Assembly (NCBI RefSeq): GCF_003428155.1
Contig: NZ_QLIR01000005.1
Location: 30,001-62,000, forward strand
Direction: 5' to 3'
Origin: Fastidiosibacter lacustris
GTDB lineage: Bacteria > Pseudomonadota > Gammaproteobacteria > Francisellales > Francisellaceae
Length of the DNA stretch: 32,000 nt
The notes under the pieces are model-generated. The model did no database searches and was not told the origin of the DNA. It worked only from the letters and a program-made list of their open reading frames with translations. This document shows, one piece after another, positions 1 to 9,986 of this stretch. Numbering within the stretch: position 1 is the first letter of the stretch; the number at the start of each line of letters is the position of its first letter. The translations under genes and the position numbers were made by a program.

Positions 1-70
1 GCGTTTAAGCTAAGTAAAGCTTTAATGGGTAAAAGGTGCAAAAGTAAAGTAAAAATGAAGGAAGGTTAGC

Positions 71-2476
71 TTGAGCTTGTCATTGAGAAGAACACTATTG
101 TTAACGATGCTGGGGCTTATCCCTTTTGCAGGTAGCTATGCGCAAAATAGCTTTGTTGTTAAGAAAATCGAAGTTGAGGGTCTAGAGCGCATTTCTAAAG
201 AAACGGTCATAAATGATCTAGGTATTCAAATAGGTGAAATGGTTGATAGTACTGAAACTAACAAAGTGATTAAATCGCTTTATGATAGTGGTTTTTTCAG
301 AGATATTCAATTGTATCAAGATGGTAACACACTTATCGTTAAATTGGTTGAGCGCCCAGCAATTAGTTCAGTTGATTTTGATGGTAATGACAAAATTAAA
401 AACGACGATATGCGTAAAGTATTACGTGAAGCAGGGCTAGATGTCGGTAATATTGCTAATCCTGAGGTTTTGTTTCAAGTCAGACAATCATTGCTTATGC
501 AGTATGCATTGATGGGTTATTATTCAACAACGGTAGACATTCAGGAAGTAAAAGAATCACGTAATCGTGTTGCAATTAAAATCAATATTGCAGAAGGTAA
601 AACTGCCACAGTGAGTCGAATTAATGTTATTGGCAATAAAGCTTATTCAGAAAGTGAGTTACTTAATAACATCACTTTTAAGACGCCATCTATTTGGAAT
701 TTATGGGGCTTATTTACTTCTAAAGCGGAGTATTCACCAGTTAATATGCAGTCTTCTGTTGAGGATTTGACGAACTATTACATGAATAATGGCTATCTTG
801 ATTTCCGAGTAAGCTCCAATCAAGCGTCATTGTCACCAAACAAAGAGAACGCATTTATTGCATTTGATATCAGTGAAGGTCAAATTTATAAAATATCTAA
901 AGTTTCCTTAGAAGGGCAATTTGTGATCTCAAAAGCAGAGCTTGAGAAACTTATAACCTTTAAAGCAGGTGATATATTTTCACGTCAGAAAGTGTTTGAT
1001 AGTGCAAAATCAATTACTCAAGCATTGGGAGATAAAGGGTATGCTTTTGCAAATGTTAATCCATTACCGAAAGTTGATAAAGAAAATAGGACTGTAGCTT
1101 TAACTTTTTATATTGATCCTGGTAAGAAAGTATATATTAATCAGATTAACTTTTTAGGTAATAACGTTACCAATGATTATGTTTATCGTCGCCAGATGCA
1201 GTATTTTGAATCAGGCGTTTATAATCAAAAAATGATTGATCAATCAAAGATTAAGTTGCAAAGGATGCCATTTGTACAAGACGTCACCGTTAACAAAGTC
1301 CCTGTTCCAGGCAGTGATGACCTTGTTAATATGAATTATGATATCACAGAGCGTAGTGCCAATTCGGTAAGTGCAAGCATTGGTTACTCACAATTATATA
1401 AGTTTATGATTGGCGGTAATTTGAGTTTGCCAAATATTCTAGGTACTGGTAATCAGTTTTCAATAGGTGCTAATCTATCTAGCGTTTATCAAAGCTTAAA
1501 TATGTCTTATACCGATCCATTTTTTACGCAATCAGGTGTGAGTCAGACTATTAGTACTTATCTATCACGGACAGATTATGATAATACATCTGTTGCGAGT
1601 TATCGTTTGAATCAATATGGAGCAAATTTAGGTTACAGTATTCCAACGTCAGCCTTTGACTCCATTAGTATAGGTGGTGGCGTTGATCATACTCAAGTAC
1701 TTCAACCTAGTGGTGGACAATCTAGTATTTTACAATGGTTCGTTAACCAAAATAGTGGCAAGACCTCGTTTAATACCTTTACTGTAAATTTGGGATGGAA
1801 TCATAACTCAACAAACCGTGCTTTCTTTCCAACAGAGGGCACTACCTTAGGAATTAATAGTACCACATCGCTACCAGGAATCAGTGATTTGCAATGGTAC
1901 AAAGTAATCGGATCAGCTGGATTTTTTCATCCATTAATTGGGGATTTCACTTTATCTGTTAAAGGTGGTCTTGGGTATGGTAATGGTTATGGTAAAACAG
2001 AATATTTGCCATTTTTCCAAAATTTCTATGCTGGAGGTTGGGGCTCTGTACGAGGATTTACTCAAGGTGGTATGGGACCTATGGATACCTATATTCCAAA
2101 TGGTGGAACAGTACAACAAGGTAACGCGATTGGTGGTAACTTAAATATTTATACCAATATCGATATTTTATTTCCTATCCCTGGAATTAAAGACAGTCAA
2201 AATATGCGTTTAGGTGTGTTTTTTGATGCGGGTAATGTCTACAATACTTATAGCATGCCTGTTTACAATGCTACGACTAATCCAAATGGACCATTATGGC
2301 CAGAGCCAACTTCACCTAATTCACCGACTTTTTCCAACTTGCGTTACTCAGTTGGTGTGGAGTTTCAGTGGTTGTCCCCACTTGGACCAATGGCATTTAG
2401 CGTGGCTAAACCGTTGAATACAAAACCAGGTGATTCAACACAAGTATTCCAGTTTACGCTTGGACAAACGTTTTAG
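71..2476 (+). CDS. bamA: Outer membrane protein assembly factor BamA (TTG start, signal peptide, POTRA domains, C-terminal Omp85 barrel)
   Basis: 801 aa ORF with signal peptide (LLLTMLGLIPFAGSYAQ), POTRA-like repeats, barrel ending in aromatic residue (FQFTLGQTF) and the VRGF motif (WGSVRGFTQGG). Followed by an ompH-like gene. Confidence 0.95.
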   Translation: MSLSLRRTLLLTMLGLIPFAGSYAQNSFVVKKIEVEGLERISKETVINDLGIQIGEMVDSTETNKVIKSLYDSGFFRDIQLYQDGNTLIVKLVERPAISSVDFDGNDKIKNDDMRKVLREAGLDVGNIANPEVLFQVRQSLLMQYALMGYYSTTVDIQEVKESRNRVAIKINIAEGKTATVSRINVIGNKAYSESELLNNITFKTPSIWNLWGLFTSKAEYSPVNMQSSVEDLTNYYMNNGYLDFRVSSNQASLSPNKENAFIAFDISEGQIYKISKVSLEGQFVISKAELEKLITFKAGDIFSRQKVFDSAKSITQALGDKGYAFANVNPLPKVDKENRTVALTFYIDPGKKVYINQINFLGNNVTNDYVYRRQMQYFESGVYNQKMIDQSKIKLQRMPFVQDVTVNKVPVPGSDDLVNMNYDITERSANSVSASIGYSQLYKFMIGGNLSLPNILGTGNQFSIGANLSSVYQSLNMSYTDPFFTQSGVSQTISTYLSRTDYDNTSVASYRLNQYGANLGYSIPTSAFDSISIGGGVDHTQVLQPSGGQSSILQWFVNQNSGKTSFNTFTVNLGWNHNSTNRAFFPTEGTTLGINSTTSLPGISDLQWYKVIGSAGFFHPLIGDFTLSVKGGLGYGNGYGKTEYLPFFQNFYAGGWGSVRGFTQGGMGPMDTYIPNGGTVQQGNAIGGNLNIYTNIDILFPIPGIKDSQNMRLGVFFDAGNVYNTYSMPVYNATTNPNGPLWPEPTSPNSPTFSNLRYSVGVEFQWLSPLGPMAFSVAKPLNTKPGDSTQVFQFTLGQTF

Positions 2477-2511
2477 TAAATAGGTAAAAATGTTAATAAA
2501 GGAGTTTAATC

Positions 2512-3039
2512 ATGAAAAAACTAGCAATCGCATTTTTAAGTAGTGTTACGTTATGTGGAATGGCACAAGCGACCAAAACTGATACTAATGAGTTTAAAAT
2601 TGGCTTAGTGAATCCAGTTGAAGTTTATCAGTCGGTTCCACAAGGAGAAGAAAGTATTAAAGCTTTACAGACCAAACTTCAGCCTAAAGCAGGTGAATTA
2701 CAAAAGCAACAAGAAGATTTAATGCAAAAAATGCAAACTTTACAAACCAACGCACCGACTTTGACAAAATTAGACTTAGACAAGCAGCAAAAAGCACTTA
2801 CAGAAGATCAAGATAAGTTTAAGCAACAAGCATTAGCATTTAGGCAGAGCCAAATGCAACAAGAACAGCAAATTGCCCAAGCTTTTCAAACGGGTTTTAA
2901 TACAGCAGTAGAAACTGTTGCAAAATCTGGAAAATACAGCTTAATTTTAAGCTCACAAGCAGTGGCTTATGCTTCACCTGATTTAAAAGTAGATATTACT
3001 GATCAAGTTGTAGTGCAAATGAAGCAGGCAATAGAATAA
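2512..3039 (+). CDS. skp: OmpH/Skp family periplasmic chaperone
   Basis: 175 aa, signal peptide, long Gln/Lys-rich coiled-coil region, position directly downstream of bamA. Confidence 0.85.
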   Translation: MKKLAIAFLSSVTLCGMAQATKTDTNEFKIGLVNPVEVYQSVPQGEESIKALQTKLQPKAGELQKQQEDLMQKMQTLQTNAPTLTKLDLDKQQKALTEDQDKFKQQALAFRQSQMQQEQQIAQAFQTGFNTAVETVAKSGKYSLILSSQAVAYASPDLKVDITDQVVVQMKQAIE

Positions 3040-3081
3040 TGAAATAACGCTGTGCTCACTTAATCTAATAAGGGATTAAAT

Positions 3082-3684
3082 ATGGCAGTATTAAATTGGT
3101 TAGATTGGATTTTTATTATTATCGTATTTTGCTTTGCGGTAATTGGTTTTTCGCAAGGCTTTATTCGCGGGCTTATTTCGTTACTGACATGGTTAGTAGC
3201 AGCTATATCGGCATATTTTTTTGCCAATATATTGAGTGTAAGCGTTATCAGTAATTGGTTTAACTCACCTGAAGTAGCATTTTGGTTGTCTTTTTTTGCA
3301 ATTGTATTATTTGTTTGGATTCTAGGTGGTATAGTTCATATTATATTTGGAGTTTTTCGTAAAAATACACAAACTATCACTGATAGACTGTTGGGTTTTT
3401 TGTTTGGTATTGTCAAATCCACATTGGTTTTAAGCTTGATTATTGGTGTTCTAAGTTATAATAAAGCTTTAACTGAAGGGAAAGTTTGGCAAGATTCCTT
3501 ATTTGTATCTTGGTTAGTCAAGGGGGCAGTTTGGGTGGATCATAAATTACCAGAAGATGTACGCCAAAAGATTCATGACAACAGTATTTATAAAGGTAAT
3601 AGCAAAGAAAGATCTCTTTCCTTAGGGCAAGATAAATCAAATAACTATGAAAAAAGAGAAAAAGAATTTGATACAATTGGTTGA
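3082..3684 (+). CDS. cvpA: CvpA family membrane protein
   Basis: 200 aa with four hydrophobic helices and N-terminal LNWLDWIFIIIV...GFSQGFIRGLISL, typical of the CvpA family. Confidence 0.85.
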   Translation: MAVLNWLDWIFIIIVFCFAVIGFSQGFIRGLISLLTWLVAAISAYFFANILSVSVISNWFNSPEVAFWLSFFAIVLFVWILGGIVHIIFGVFRKNTQTITDRLLGFLFGIVKSTLVLSLIIGVLSYNKALTEGKVWQDSLFVSWLVKGAVWVDHKLPEDVRQKIHDNSIYKGNSKERSLSLGQDKSNNYEKREKEFDTIG

Positions 3685-3690
3685 TTTTTA

Positions 3691-3885
3691 TAGTGCTACC
3701 CATAGCTGCCGCTGCTTACATGGCTCTTGAACCCTCAAGAACCAGGTGGGTGCGTTCGCTTATTCGTTGGGCTTCTCAGTCAAACTGAGCATGCACGCTA
3801 AAATAGGCATATACGCTCCCGATACGTTATGCATCGGCTCAAGAATGTAAAGACTGGCTAACAGCACAGGCAACACTAAACTTTC
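3691..3885 (-). ncRNA. ssrS: 6S RNA (SsrS), regulator of RNA polymerase
   Basis: Reverse-strand sequence contains blocks matching gammaproteobacterial 6S RNA in the same order: TGAGCCGA...GGGAGCG...GTGCATGCTC...TGAGAAGCCC...GCACCCACCTGG...AGGGTTCAAG...GCAGCGGCAGC. The ends pair as a 10 bp closing stem (5' TAGTGTTGCC / 3' part GGGTAGCACTA). It sits divergent from the ygfB-like gene, as ssrS does in E. coli. Confidence 0.88.
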
Positions 3886-3891
3886 ACTTAA

Positions 3892-3920
3892 ATCATAGAA
3901 GCATAATTGCTCAAGCGCAA
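3892..3920 (-). promoter_or_regulatory. Sigma70-type promoter for the 6S RNA gene
   Basis: On the minus strand: TTGCGC - 17 nt - TATGAT, located just upstream of the predicted 6S RNA 5' end. Confidence 0.6.
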
Positions 3921-3993
3921 GCGATTTATTGTAAAAAAATGCGGATAAAAACAAGCGACAATGATACGATAAGCACATATTTATTTTGATGAT

Positions 3994-4575
3994 TTGAAAA
4001 CAATAATGGAAATAATGAAAAATGAACAATTACCCAGTTATCAAGCGGTGACAGATGCTTTAAGAAAAATCAAAGCCTTATCCGAGGCATCAGAAGCACA
4101 TGCTCTACTATGCGCACTTTTTACTGTAGGTGCTGAAGTACGCATTCAAGCCTGGATGGATTCATTAATGGCAGAACCTATTGAATCGGGTGATATCATG
4201 GCGCAAGCAGCACTCAAAACACTGAGTCAGATGTACCAAGTGACAAAGGCTCAATTTTTATCACATAACATCCATTTTGATTTGTTATTACCTATTGATG
4301 AAGAGGTATTTTATAAGCGTATCGATGCCTTGGCAATGTGGTGTCAAGGTTATTTATCAGGTTTGGGATTGATAGAATTAGACTACACAAAGGGTTCAGC
4401 TGAAGTACAAGAAGCAATTTCTGATTTATTGGATGTGTCTCGTTTGCAATATGATGATGAAGTAACAGGTCAAGAAGATGAAGAGAAAGCTTATGTTGAG
4501 CTTGTTGAATATACCAAAGTGGCTGTATTATTGATCCATAGTGAATTTGGCTTAAAATCCTTTAATAATTTCTGA
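3994..4575 (+). CDS. ygfB: YgfB/YecA (UPF0149) family protein
   Basis: 193 aa; pattern HALLCALFT...WCQGYLSGLGL...YVELVEYTKVAVLLIHSEF matches UPF0149 proteins. Upstream of ubiH-like genes and divergent from 6S RNA, as in E. coli. Confidence 0.8.
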   Translation: MKTIMEIMKNEQLPSYQAVTDALRKIKALSEASEAHALLCALFTVGAEVRIQAWMDSLMAEPIESGDIMAQAALKTLSQMYQVTKAQFLSHNIHFDLLLPIDEEVFYKRIDALAMWCQGYLSGLGLIELDYTKGSAEVQEAISDLLDVSRLQYDDEVTGQEDEEKAYVELVEYTKVAVLLIHSEFGLKSFNNF

Positions 4576-4582
4576 TAGATTT

Positions 4583-5797
4583 ATGAATATTAAACATAAA
4601 AATCTAGTCATTGTGGGTGGTGGTGCAGTTGGTATGTTAATGGCATTAGCCTTAGCAAAGTTAGGTAGAGAAATTACTTTAATAGAAAAATTACCTAGTT
4701 GTGATGACAATTGTGTCGATGGTCGTTCAATTGCATTATCTTATACATCGATTTGTATGCTAGAGAGTCTTGGTGTGTGGGCGAGAATAAAACATGAAAT
4801 AGAGAAGATTGAACACATTCACGTTTCGGATAAAGGTCTATATGGACAAGTGAATTTATCTGCTAAAGACGAGGGATTGCCTTTTTTAGGTGTGGTTATA
4901 AAAATGCAGCATGTATTGCCTAAGCTGATTGATGCTTTATCAGTACATAAAAATATTGAACTATGGTCAAATGCAAAAGTGATTGACCTTATGGATTGTA
5001 ACGGTCAATATACCTTAATACTTAAATCAAAAGATGATATTTATAGTCTACATGCAGATCTGATTATCGCCGCTGATGGCGCAAAATCACTACTGCGGGA
5101 AAAAATGGCAATTGATAGTTATATACACGATTATGGGCAATCTGCCTTGATTTTTGATGTTTTATTACACAAGAACCACCAAAATTGTGCTTATGAGCGT
5201 TTTATTAATAATGGGGTGATGGCAATGTTGCCCGTTGGTCAAAAACGCGTTGCTTGCGTGTGGAGTGTAGCGCATCAAGCAGTATCTCAATTACGAGCAA
5301 TGGATAAAAGCGATTTATTAAAAATGCTTCAGCAAATTTTCTCATATCGCTTAGGGCGTTTTCTTGATATCACAAACATGCATAGCTTTCCATTATCTTT
5401 AGTTCAAGCAAAGACGTTGTATAAAAAAAATATTCTACTATTTGGTAACGCATCACATTTTTTGCATCCAATTTCAGGGCAGGGTTTGAATTTGAGTATA
5501 CGCGATATTGGGGTGTTACATGATCTAATGTTAGATAAGGAAAAACTCACTTCAGCAGTCGTTGCAAACTTGTTAGAAACTTATACAAGCCTTCGGGATT
5601 TTGATCACAAGCGCACAGTATGGGTGACGCATTCAATGATTAATATTTTTACCCAACAGCAGTGGGGGATAAAAAAACTAAGAAGTCTTGCACTTCATTG
5701 CTTAGAGCGTGATAAATTTCTAAAGGCAGCATTTAGTGAGCTTATGATGGGTAAGCTAAGTTATGGTTCAACTTTAATGCAACATAAGGTTTATTAA
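4583..5797 (+). CDS. ubiH: FAD-dependent ubiquinone-biosynthesis hydroxylase, UbiH-like
   Basis: N-terminal Rossmann GGGAVGMLMALALAKLG, DGRSIALSY, LIIAADGAKS, and FAD motif LFGNASHFLHPISGQGLNLSIRD. Confidence 0.82.
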   Translation: MNIKHKNLVIVGGGAVGMLMALALAKLGREITLIEKLPSCDDNCVDGRSIALSYTSICMLESLGVWARIKHEIEKIEHIHVSDKGLYGQVNLSAKDEGLPFLGVVIKMQHVLPKLIDALSVHKNIELWSNAKVIDLMDCNGQYTLILKSKDDIYSLHADLIIAADGAKSLLREKMAIDSYIHDYGQSALIFDVLLHKNHQNCAYERFINNGVMAMLPVGQKRVACVWSVAHQAVSQLRAMDKSDLLKMLQQIFSYRLGRFLDITNMHSFPLSLVQAKTLYKKNILLFGNASHFLHPISGQGLNLSIRDIGVLHDLMLDKEKLTSAVVANLLETYTSLRDFDHKRTVWVTHSMINIFTQQQWGIKKLRSLALHCLERDKFLKAAFSELMMGKLSYGSTLMQHKVY

Positions 5798-6975
5798 TGC
5801 AATATGATGTTATTGTTATTGGTGGAGGGATGGCAGGACTTGCTTGTGCTTTAGGTTTAAGCCATAAAGGTTTCTCGGTAGTCGTTTTGGATGCCAAGAA
5901 AATCGCGTGTCAAATATATCTTGCCCAACAACCTAAACGAGTTAGCGCGATCAACCATGCCTCAGAGGAATTTTTAACTCAATTGGGGGTGTGGCAAGAG
6001 ATTATCCAAACTCGGGCACAACCCTATGTAGCAATGCAAGTATGGGATCAACACTCATCTGCACAGTTAAATTTACAAGCCCATGCGTTTTCACAGCCAA
6101 ATTTAGGTATGATCGTTGAAAATGATTTAATTTTATCTACGCTTAGATCCGCATTACTTAAAACCAATGTTGAAATATTTGAAGAGATAAGAATTAAAGA
6201 AATAAGTAAAGCGACATCCCAAGGCCAAAATAATATTCTTTTAGAAAATGGCAAAACACTTCAATGTAAGCTTATTATTGGTGCTGATGGAGCTAATTCA
6301 TTTGTACGAGACTATTTCCAGTTTCAATATAAAAAAACTTCTTATGAGCACCATGCAATTGTTGCCAATATTAAAACGCAAAAATCACATCAAAGCACAG
6401 CATATCAGCGATTCTTAAGCAATGGCGTTTTAGCTTTTTTGCCCTTGAGTGATCCATATTTATGTTCGATTGTTTATTCAATTCAAAGCAATAAACTCAA
6501 TGATATTTTGACACTTAGTGAAATAGAGTTTAGCAAGCATTTGTTTGTTGCATCCGAGGCAAAACTAGGGCAAATTGAACTTAAAAGTCCCAGGATGAGT
6601 TTTGAGCTTATCGAACGTCACGTTGATTGTTATTATCAAAAAGCTATTGTTGTAATTGCTGATGCAGCTCATACAATTCATCCTTTAGCAGGGCAAGGAA
6701 TTAACCTTGGTTTTGCTGATGCTAATGTATTGATTGAGGTATTAGCTCATGCAAAAGCTATTCATCGTGACATTGCAGATGTTAGCACTTTGGCGAAATA
6801 TGAGCGTAAAAGACGTGTTAAGAATCAAACCATGCTTCATACAGTACAAGGTTTAAAGCAGCTATTTTGTAATGATAACAGGTTATTAAAACCCTTGCGT
6901 GCACTGGGAATGAACTTTGTTAATGACACCTATTTATTAAAGCGATTTTTTATCGAAAAAGCAGCAGGTCATTAG
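5797..6975 (+). CDS. ubiI: FAD-dependent ubiquinone-biosynthesis hydroxylase, UbiI/VisC/UbiF-like
   Basis: GGGMAGLACALGLSHKG, IGADGANS, VVIADAAHTIHPLAGQGINLGFADA. Overlaps the stop codon of the preceding ubiH-like gene. Confidence 0.75.
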   Translation: MQYDVIVIGGGMAGLACALGLSHKGFSVVVLDAKKIACQIYLAQQPKRVSAINHASEEFLTQLGVWQEIIQTRAQPYVAMQVWDQHSSAQLNLQAHAFSQPNLGMIVENDLILSTLRSALLKTNVEIFEEIRIKEISKATSQGQNNILLENGKTLQCKLIIGADGANSFVRDYFQFQYKKTSYEHHAIVANIKTQKSHQSTAYQRFLSNGVLAFLPLSDPYLCSIVYSIQSNKLNDILTLSEIEFSKHLFVASEAKLGQIELKSPRMSFELIERHVDCYYQKAIVVIADAAHTIHPLAGQGINLGFADANVLIEVLAHAKAIHRDIADVSTLAKYERKRRVKNQTMLHTVQGLKQLFCNDNRLLKPLRALGMNFVNDTYLLKRFFIEKAAGH

Positions 6976-7066
6976 TCGTTTCTAGATTTTCATACTTAAT
7001 ATGAAACTAAGTACAAATAAAAGAATATAACTCATGTGATAAACGGTTAAAATAAATATATTTTAT

Positions 7067-8080
7067 ATGAAAACAGATATTTTTGATTATGATTTACCGG
7101 AAAAGCTAATAGCTCGTTACCCAGCAAAAGAGCGTGATCAGAGCAGGCTTTTGGTACTTGATCGACAGACAGGTCAGCTAAGTAATCACATATTCACTGA
7201 GATTATTCATTATATTGAAGCAGGTGATTTAGTTGTTTTTAATAATTCTCGAGTGATGGCAGCACGCTTGTTTGGTCAAAAGTCAACAGGTGCTAAACTT
7301 GAATTTTTAATTGAAAAAATAATAGATGATCAAATTTTTATCTCTCATATCCGTGCCAATAAAGCACTTAAGATAGGATCCGAAATTTTGATCGCAGATG
7401 TACCAGCTCAGGTACTGAACAAGCAAAATGGACTTTATATGCTTAAGCTTCACGATAGTGATGTGTGGCAGTTAATGAATCTGCATGGTCATATACCATT
7501 GCCTCCTTATATGAAGCGCCAAGATGAAAGTTTTGATGCTGAGCGTTATCAAACGGTTTATAGTAAATTGTTAGGCTCAGTAGCAGCACCTACGGCAGGA
7601 CTTCATTTCACACAAGCTTTATTAAAAGCGATCAGAGAAAAGGGCGCTGAAACTGCTTATGTAACGTTACATGTGGGTTCAGGCACATTTAAGCCCATTC
7701 AAGCTGAAAACATCTATGAACATGTTATGCATAGTGAGTTAATCAATGTACCATCATCAATATGTGAGCTTGTCAGAAAGACAAAGGCCAATGGTAAGCG
7801 TGTCATTGCAGTGGGAACAACTTCAGTGCGTTCATTAGAATCAGCAGCTCAATCAGGCGAAATAAAGCCATTTTATGGTGAGAGTGATATTTTTATATAC
7901 CCTGGCAAAAACTTTCATGTTGTAGATGCTATGGTGACGAATTTTCATTTACCAAAATCAACCTTAATTATGTTAGTGAGTGCTTTTGCTTCTACCGATA
8001 TGATAAAACAGGCCTATCGCCATGCAATAGATGACAATTATCACTTTTATAGTTATGGTGATGCTATGTTTATTTATTGA
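7067..8080 (+). CDS. queA: S-adenosylmethionine:tRNA ribosyltransferase-isomerase QueA
   Basis: 337 aa; FDYDLPEKLIARYPAKERDQSRLLVLDR, VVFNNSRVMAARLFG, AAPTAGLHFT, HVGSGTFKP, VVDAMVTNFHLPKSTLIMLVSAF. Confidence 0.97.
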   Translation: MKTDIFDYDLPEKLIARYPAKERDQSRLLVLDRQTGQLSNHIFTEIIHYIEAGDLVVFNNSRVMAARLFGQKSTGAKLEFLIEKIIDDQIFISHIRANKALKIGSEILIADVPAQVLNKQNGLYMLKLHDSDVWQLMNLHGHIPLPPYMKRQDESFDAERYQTVYSKLLGSVAAPTAGLHFTQALLKAIREKGAETAYVTLHVGSGTFKPIQAENIYEHVMHSELINVPSSICELVRKTKANGKRVIAVGTTSVRSLESAAQSGEIKPFYGESDIFIYPGKNFHVVDAMVTNFHLPKSTLIMLVSAFASTDMIKQAYRHAIDDNYHFYSYGDAMFIY

Positions 8081-8090
8081 TAGTAAATTC

Positions 8091-8597
8091 ATGGAAAGCA
8101 GAAAAATTCAGGTTTTTTCATTTATGGTGTCATTTGGGTTGATAGCTAGTTTGTTTGCTGAAACTCTACCTGAAACGACAATATCGTCTAAAAATGAGCA
8201 TATTATTAGTGATAGCACACAAAGCCATGCTCAAATGCAAGTGATCTCGGCAGGTGACGAATCTTTATCTCTTGATCAACAACTAAGAGGTGTAAAAGCA
8301 CCACAAGTGATTATGCCAGAAAATCCTGTTGCAATAGCGTATAAAGCACAGATAAATTATCCTGTTATGGTTGGTAATGAAAGTCAAATAGAGGCGATTC
8401 AATCCGAGTTATATAATATGTTTTTAAAGGTCGATCAAAACGCACATAATTTATCAAAGCCCGAACAATACATATTTTATCTATTATATAAGCAAGCACA
8501 GCAGAATCAGCTTATATTAGAGCAGAATAATAAAATGATTTTATCGTTAGAGAAAATAAGTCTTCAAAATGAAGTGTTGCTTAACAAAGAAAAATAA
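8091..8597 (+). CDS. Hypothetical secreted/periplasmic protein
   Basis: Listed ORF starts at 8031 inside queA. The in-frame ATG at 8091 gives a plausible signal sequence (MESRKIQVFSFMVSFGLIASLFA) and avoids the overlap. No family recognised. Confidence 0.6.
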   Translation: MESRKIQVFSFMVSFGLIASLFAETLPETTISSKNEHIISDSTQSHAQMQVISAGDESLSLDQQLRGVKAPQVIMPENPVAIAYKAQINYPVMVGNESQIEAIQSELYNMFLKVDQNAHNLSKPEQYIFYLLYKQAQQNQLILEQNNKMILSLEKISLQNEVLLNKEK

Positions 8598-8619
8598 CAT
8601 GTAACTAGACTAGTGTTAT

Positions 8620-9873
8620 TTAGAGCCTTTTAAACACAAGCGTACCATTTGTGCCACCAAAACCAAATGAATTCGACATTGCAATATCAATTTTCATTTG
8701 TTTTGCTTCATGTGCAGCATAGTCTAAGTTACAACCTTCATCGACGTTATCTAGGTTAATAGTTGGAGGTGCAACTTGATCACGAATTGCAAGTAATGAG
8801 AAAATCGCTTCAATAGCACCAGCAGCCCCAAGCATGTGACCTGTCATCGACTTGGTGGAACTCATAACGATATTTTTAGCGTGATTTCCCATTAACTTTT
8901 CAACTGCCTGGCTTTCTTTAACATCTCCTGCAGGTGTTGAAGTGCCGTGGGCATTGATATATTGCACTTGATCTAGATTGATTTGCGCATCCTCTAATGC
9001 AAGCTTCATACATTCATAGCCGCCTTCACCACTAGTGTTGGTAATGTGGAAAGCATCTGCATTCATGCCAAATCCAATAAGTTCGCCATATATTTTAGCA
9101 CCTCTTTTTTTGGCATGTTCATATTCTTCTAAGACCACAGCTGCGGCACCATTAGACAGCACAAAACCATCACGATCCTTATCCCAAGGGCGAGAAGCAG
9201 CTTTAGGATTGTCGTTACGAGTAGAAAGTGCACGTGCTGCGGCGAATCCACCTATCCCGATTGCTGTATTCGCCTTATCTGCGCCACCTGCGATCATTAC
9301 ATCGGCATCACCATAAGCAATCATGCGTGCTGCAATACCAATGTTATGTGTGCCTGTCGTACATGCAGTGACAATTGCAGTATTAGGACCACGTAAATTA
9401 TGTTTGATTGAGAAATTACCAGAGATCAAGTTGATGATAGTAGCTGGAATACAAAATGGAGAAATTCGGCTTGGACCTTTTTGATCAATAATAACACGAG
9501 TTTCTTCTAGCGTCCCAATACCACCTATACCAGAGGACATCGAAATACCAATTCGGCGGCAATTTTCATCGGTAACGGTTATACTCGCATCTTGCCAAGC
9601 TTCTTCAGCTGCAACAAGACCGTATTGCATGAAAGGATCGTACTTTTTAAGCTCTTTTTTGTCTAAGTGTTGTAAAGGATCAAAGTTTTTGATTGTCCCA
9701 CCAATGGTGACCTTGAATTCTGAAATGGATGGACCGCTTTCAAGGTCAAATTCAGGCAGTTTATCAATTCCACTTTGTCCTTTTAAGATCGCATCCCAAG
9801 TACTTTTAACATCATTACCCAGTGGACTTATTGCCCCCATTCCAGTAATAACAACACGTCTTGCTGATTTCAT
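8620..9873 (-). CDS. fabF: 3-oxoacyl-[acyl-carrier-protein] synthase II
   Basis: 417 aa; RRVVITGMGAISPLGNDV, catalytic ACTTGTHNIG, INAHGTSTPAGD, SSTKSMTGHMLGAAGAIEA, NSFGFGGTNGTLVF. Adjacent to acpP. Confidence 0.97.
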   Translation of the reverse strand: MKSARRVVITGMGAISPLGNDVKSTWDAILKGQSGIDKLPEFDLESGPSISEFKVTIGGTIKNFDPLQHLDKKELKKYDPFMQYGLVAAEEAWQDASITVTDENCRRIGISMSSGIGGIGTLEETRVIIDQKGPSRISPFCIPATIINLISGNFSIKHNLRGPNTAIVTACTTGTHNIGIAARMIAYGDADVMIAGGADKANTAIGIGGFAAARALSTRNDNPKAASRPWDKDRDGFVLSNGAAAVVLEEYEHAKKRGAKIYGELIGFGMNADAFHITNTSGEGGYECMKLALEDAQINLDQVQYINAHGTSTPAGDVKESQAVEKLMGNHAKNIVMSSTKSMTGHMLGAAGAIEAIFSLLAIRDQVAPPTINLDNVDEGCNLDYAAHEAKQMKIDIAMSNSFGFGGTNGTLVFKRL

Positions 9874-9986
9874 AACTCATCTATCCAAGTTTCGTAGTTA
9901 TACAAAGTATACAAACAAAAAAATCAGCATTACTCTTGCGATTAATGCTGATTTATCGTCAATGCATTAGCTTATGAATAAGCCTT

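Noticed and set aside
1-69. Open frame from the window edge (...AFKLSKALMGKRCKSKVKMKEG*) as the 3' end of an upstream gene
   Set aside because: Only 22 residues and no recognisable C-terminus, so it cannot be supported.
1938-2417. Plus-strand ORFs 1938..2144 and 2214..2417 inside bamA
   Set aside because: Alternate-frame shadows of a well supported coding sequence.
3518-4029. Minus-strand ORFs 3518..3703 and 3760..4029
   Set aside because: They overlap cvpA and the predicted 6S RNA and its promoter, have low-complexity translations and match no family.
8591-8622. Hairpin AAATAACA...TGTTATTT between the hypothetical gene and fabF as a terminator
   Set aside because: The AT-only stem overlaps the upstream stop codon and lacks a clear T-tract, so support is too weak to list as a feature.
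9035-9970. Plus-strand ORFs 9035..9316 and 9629..9970
   Set aside because: Antisense to fabF with no independent support.
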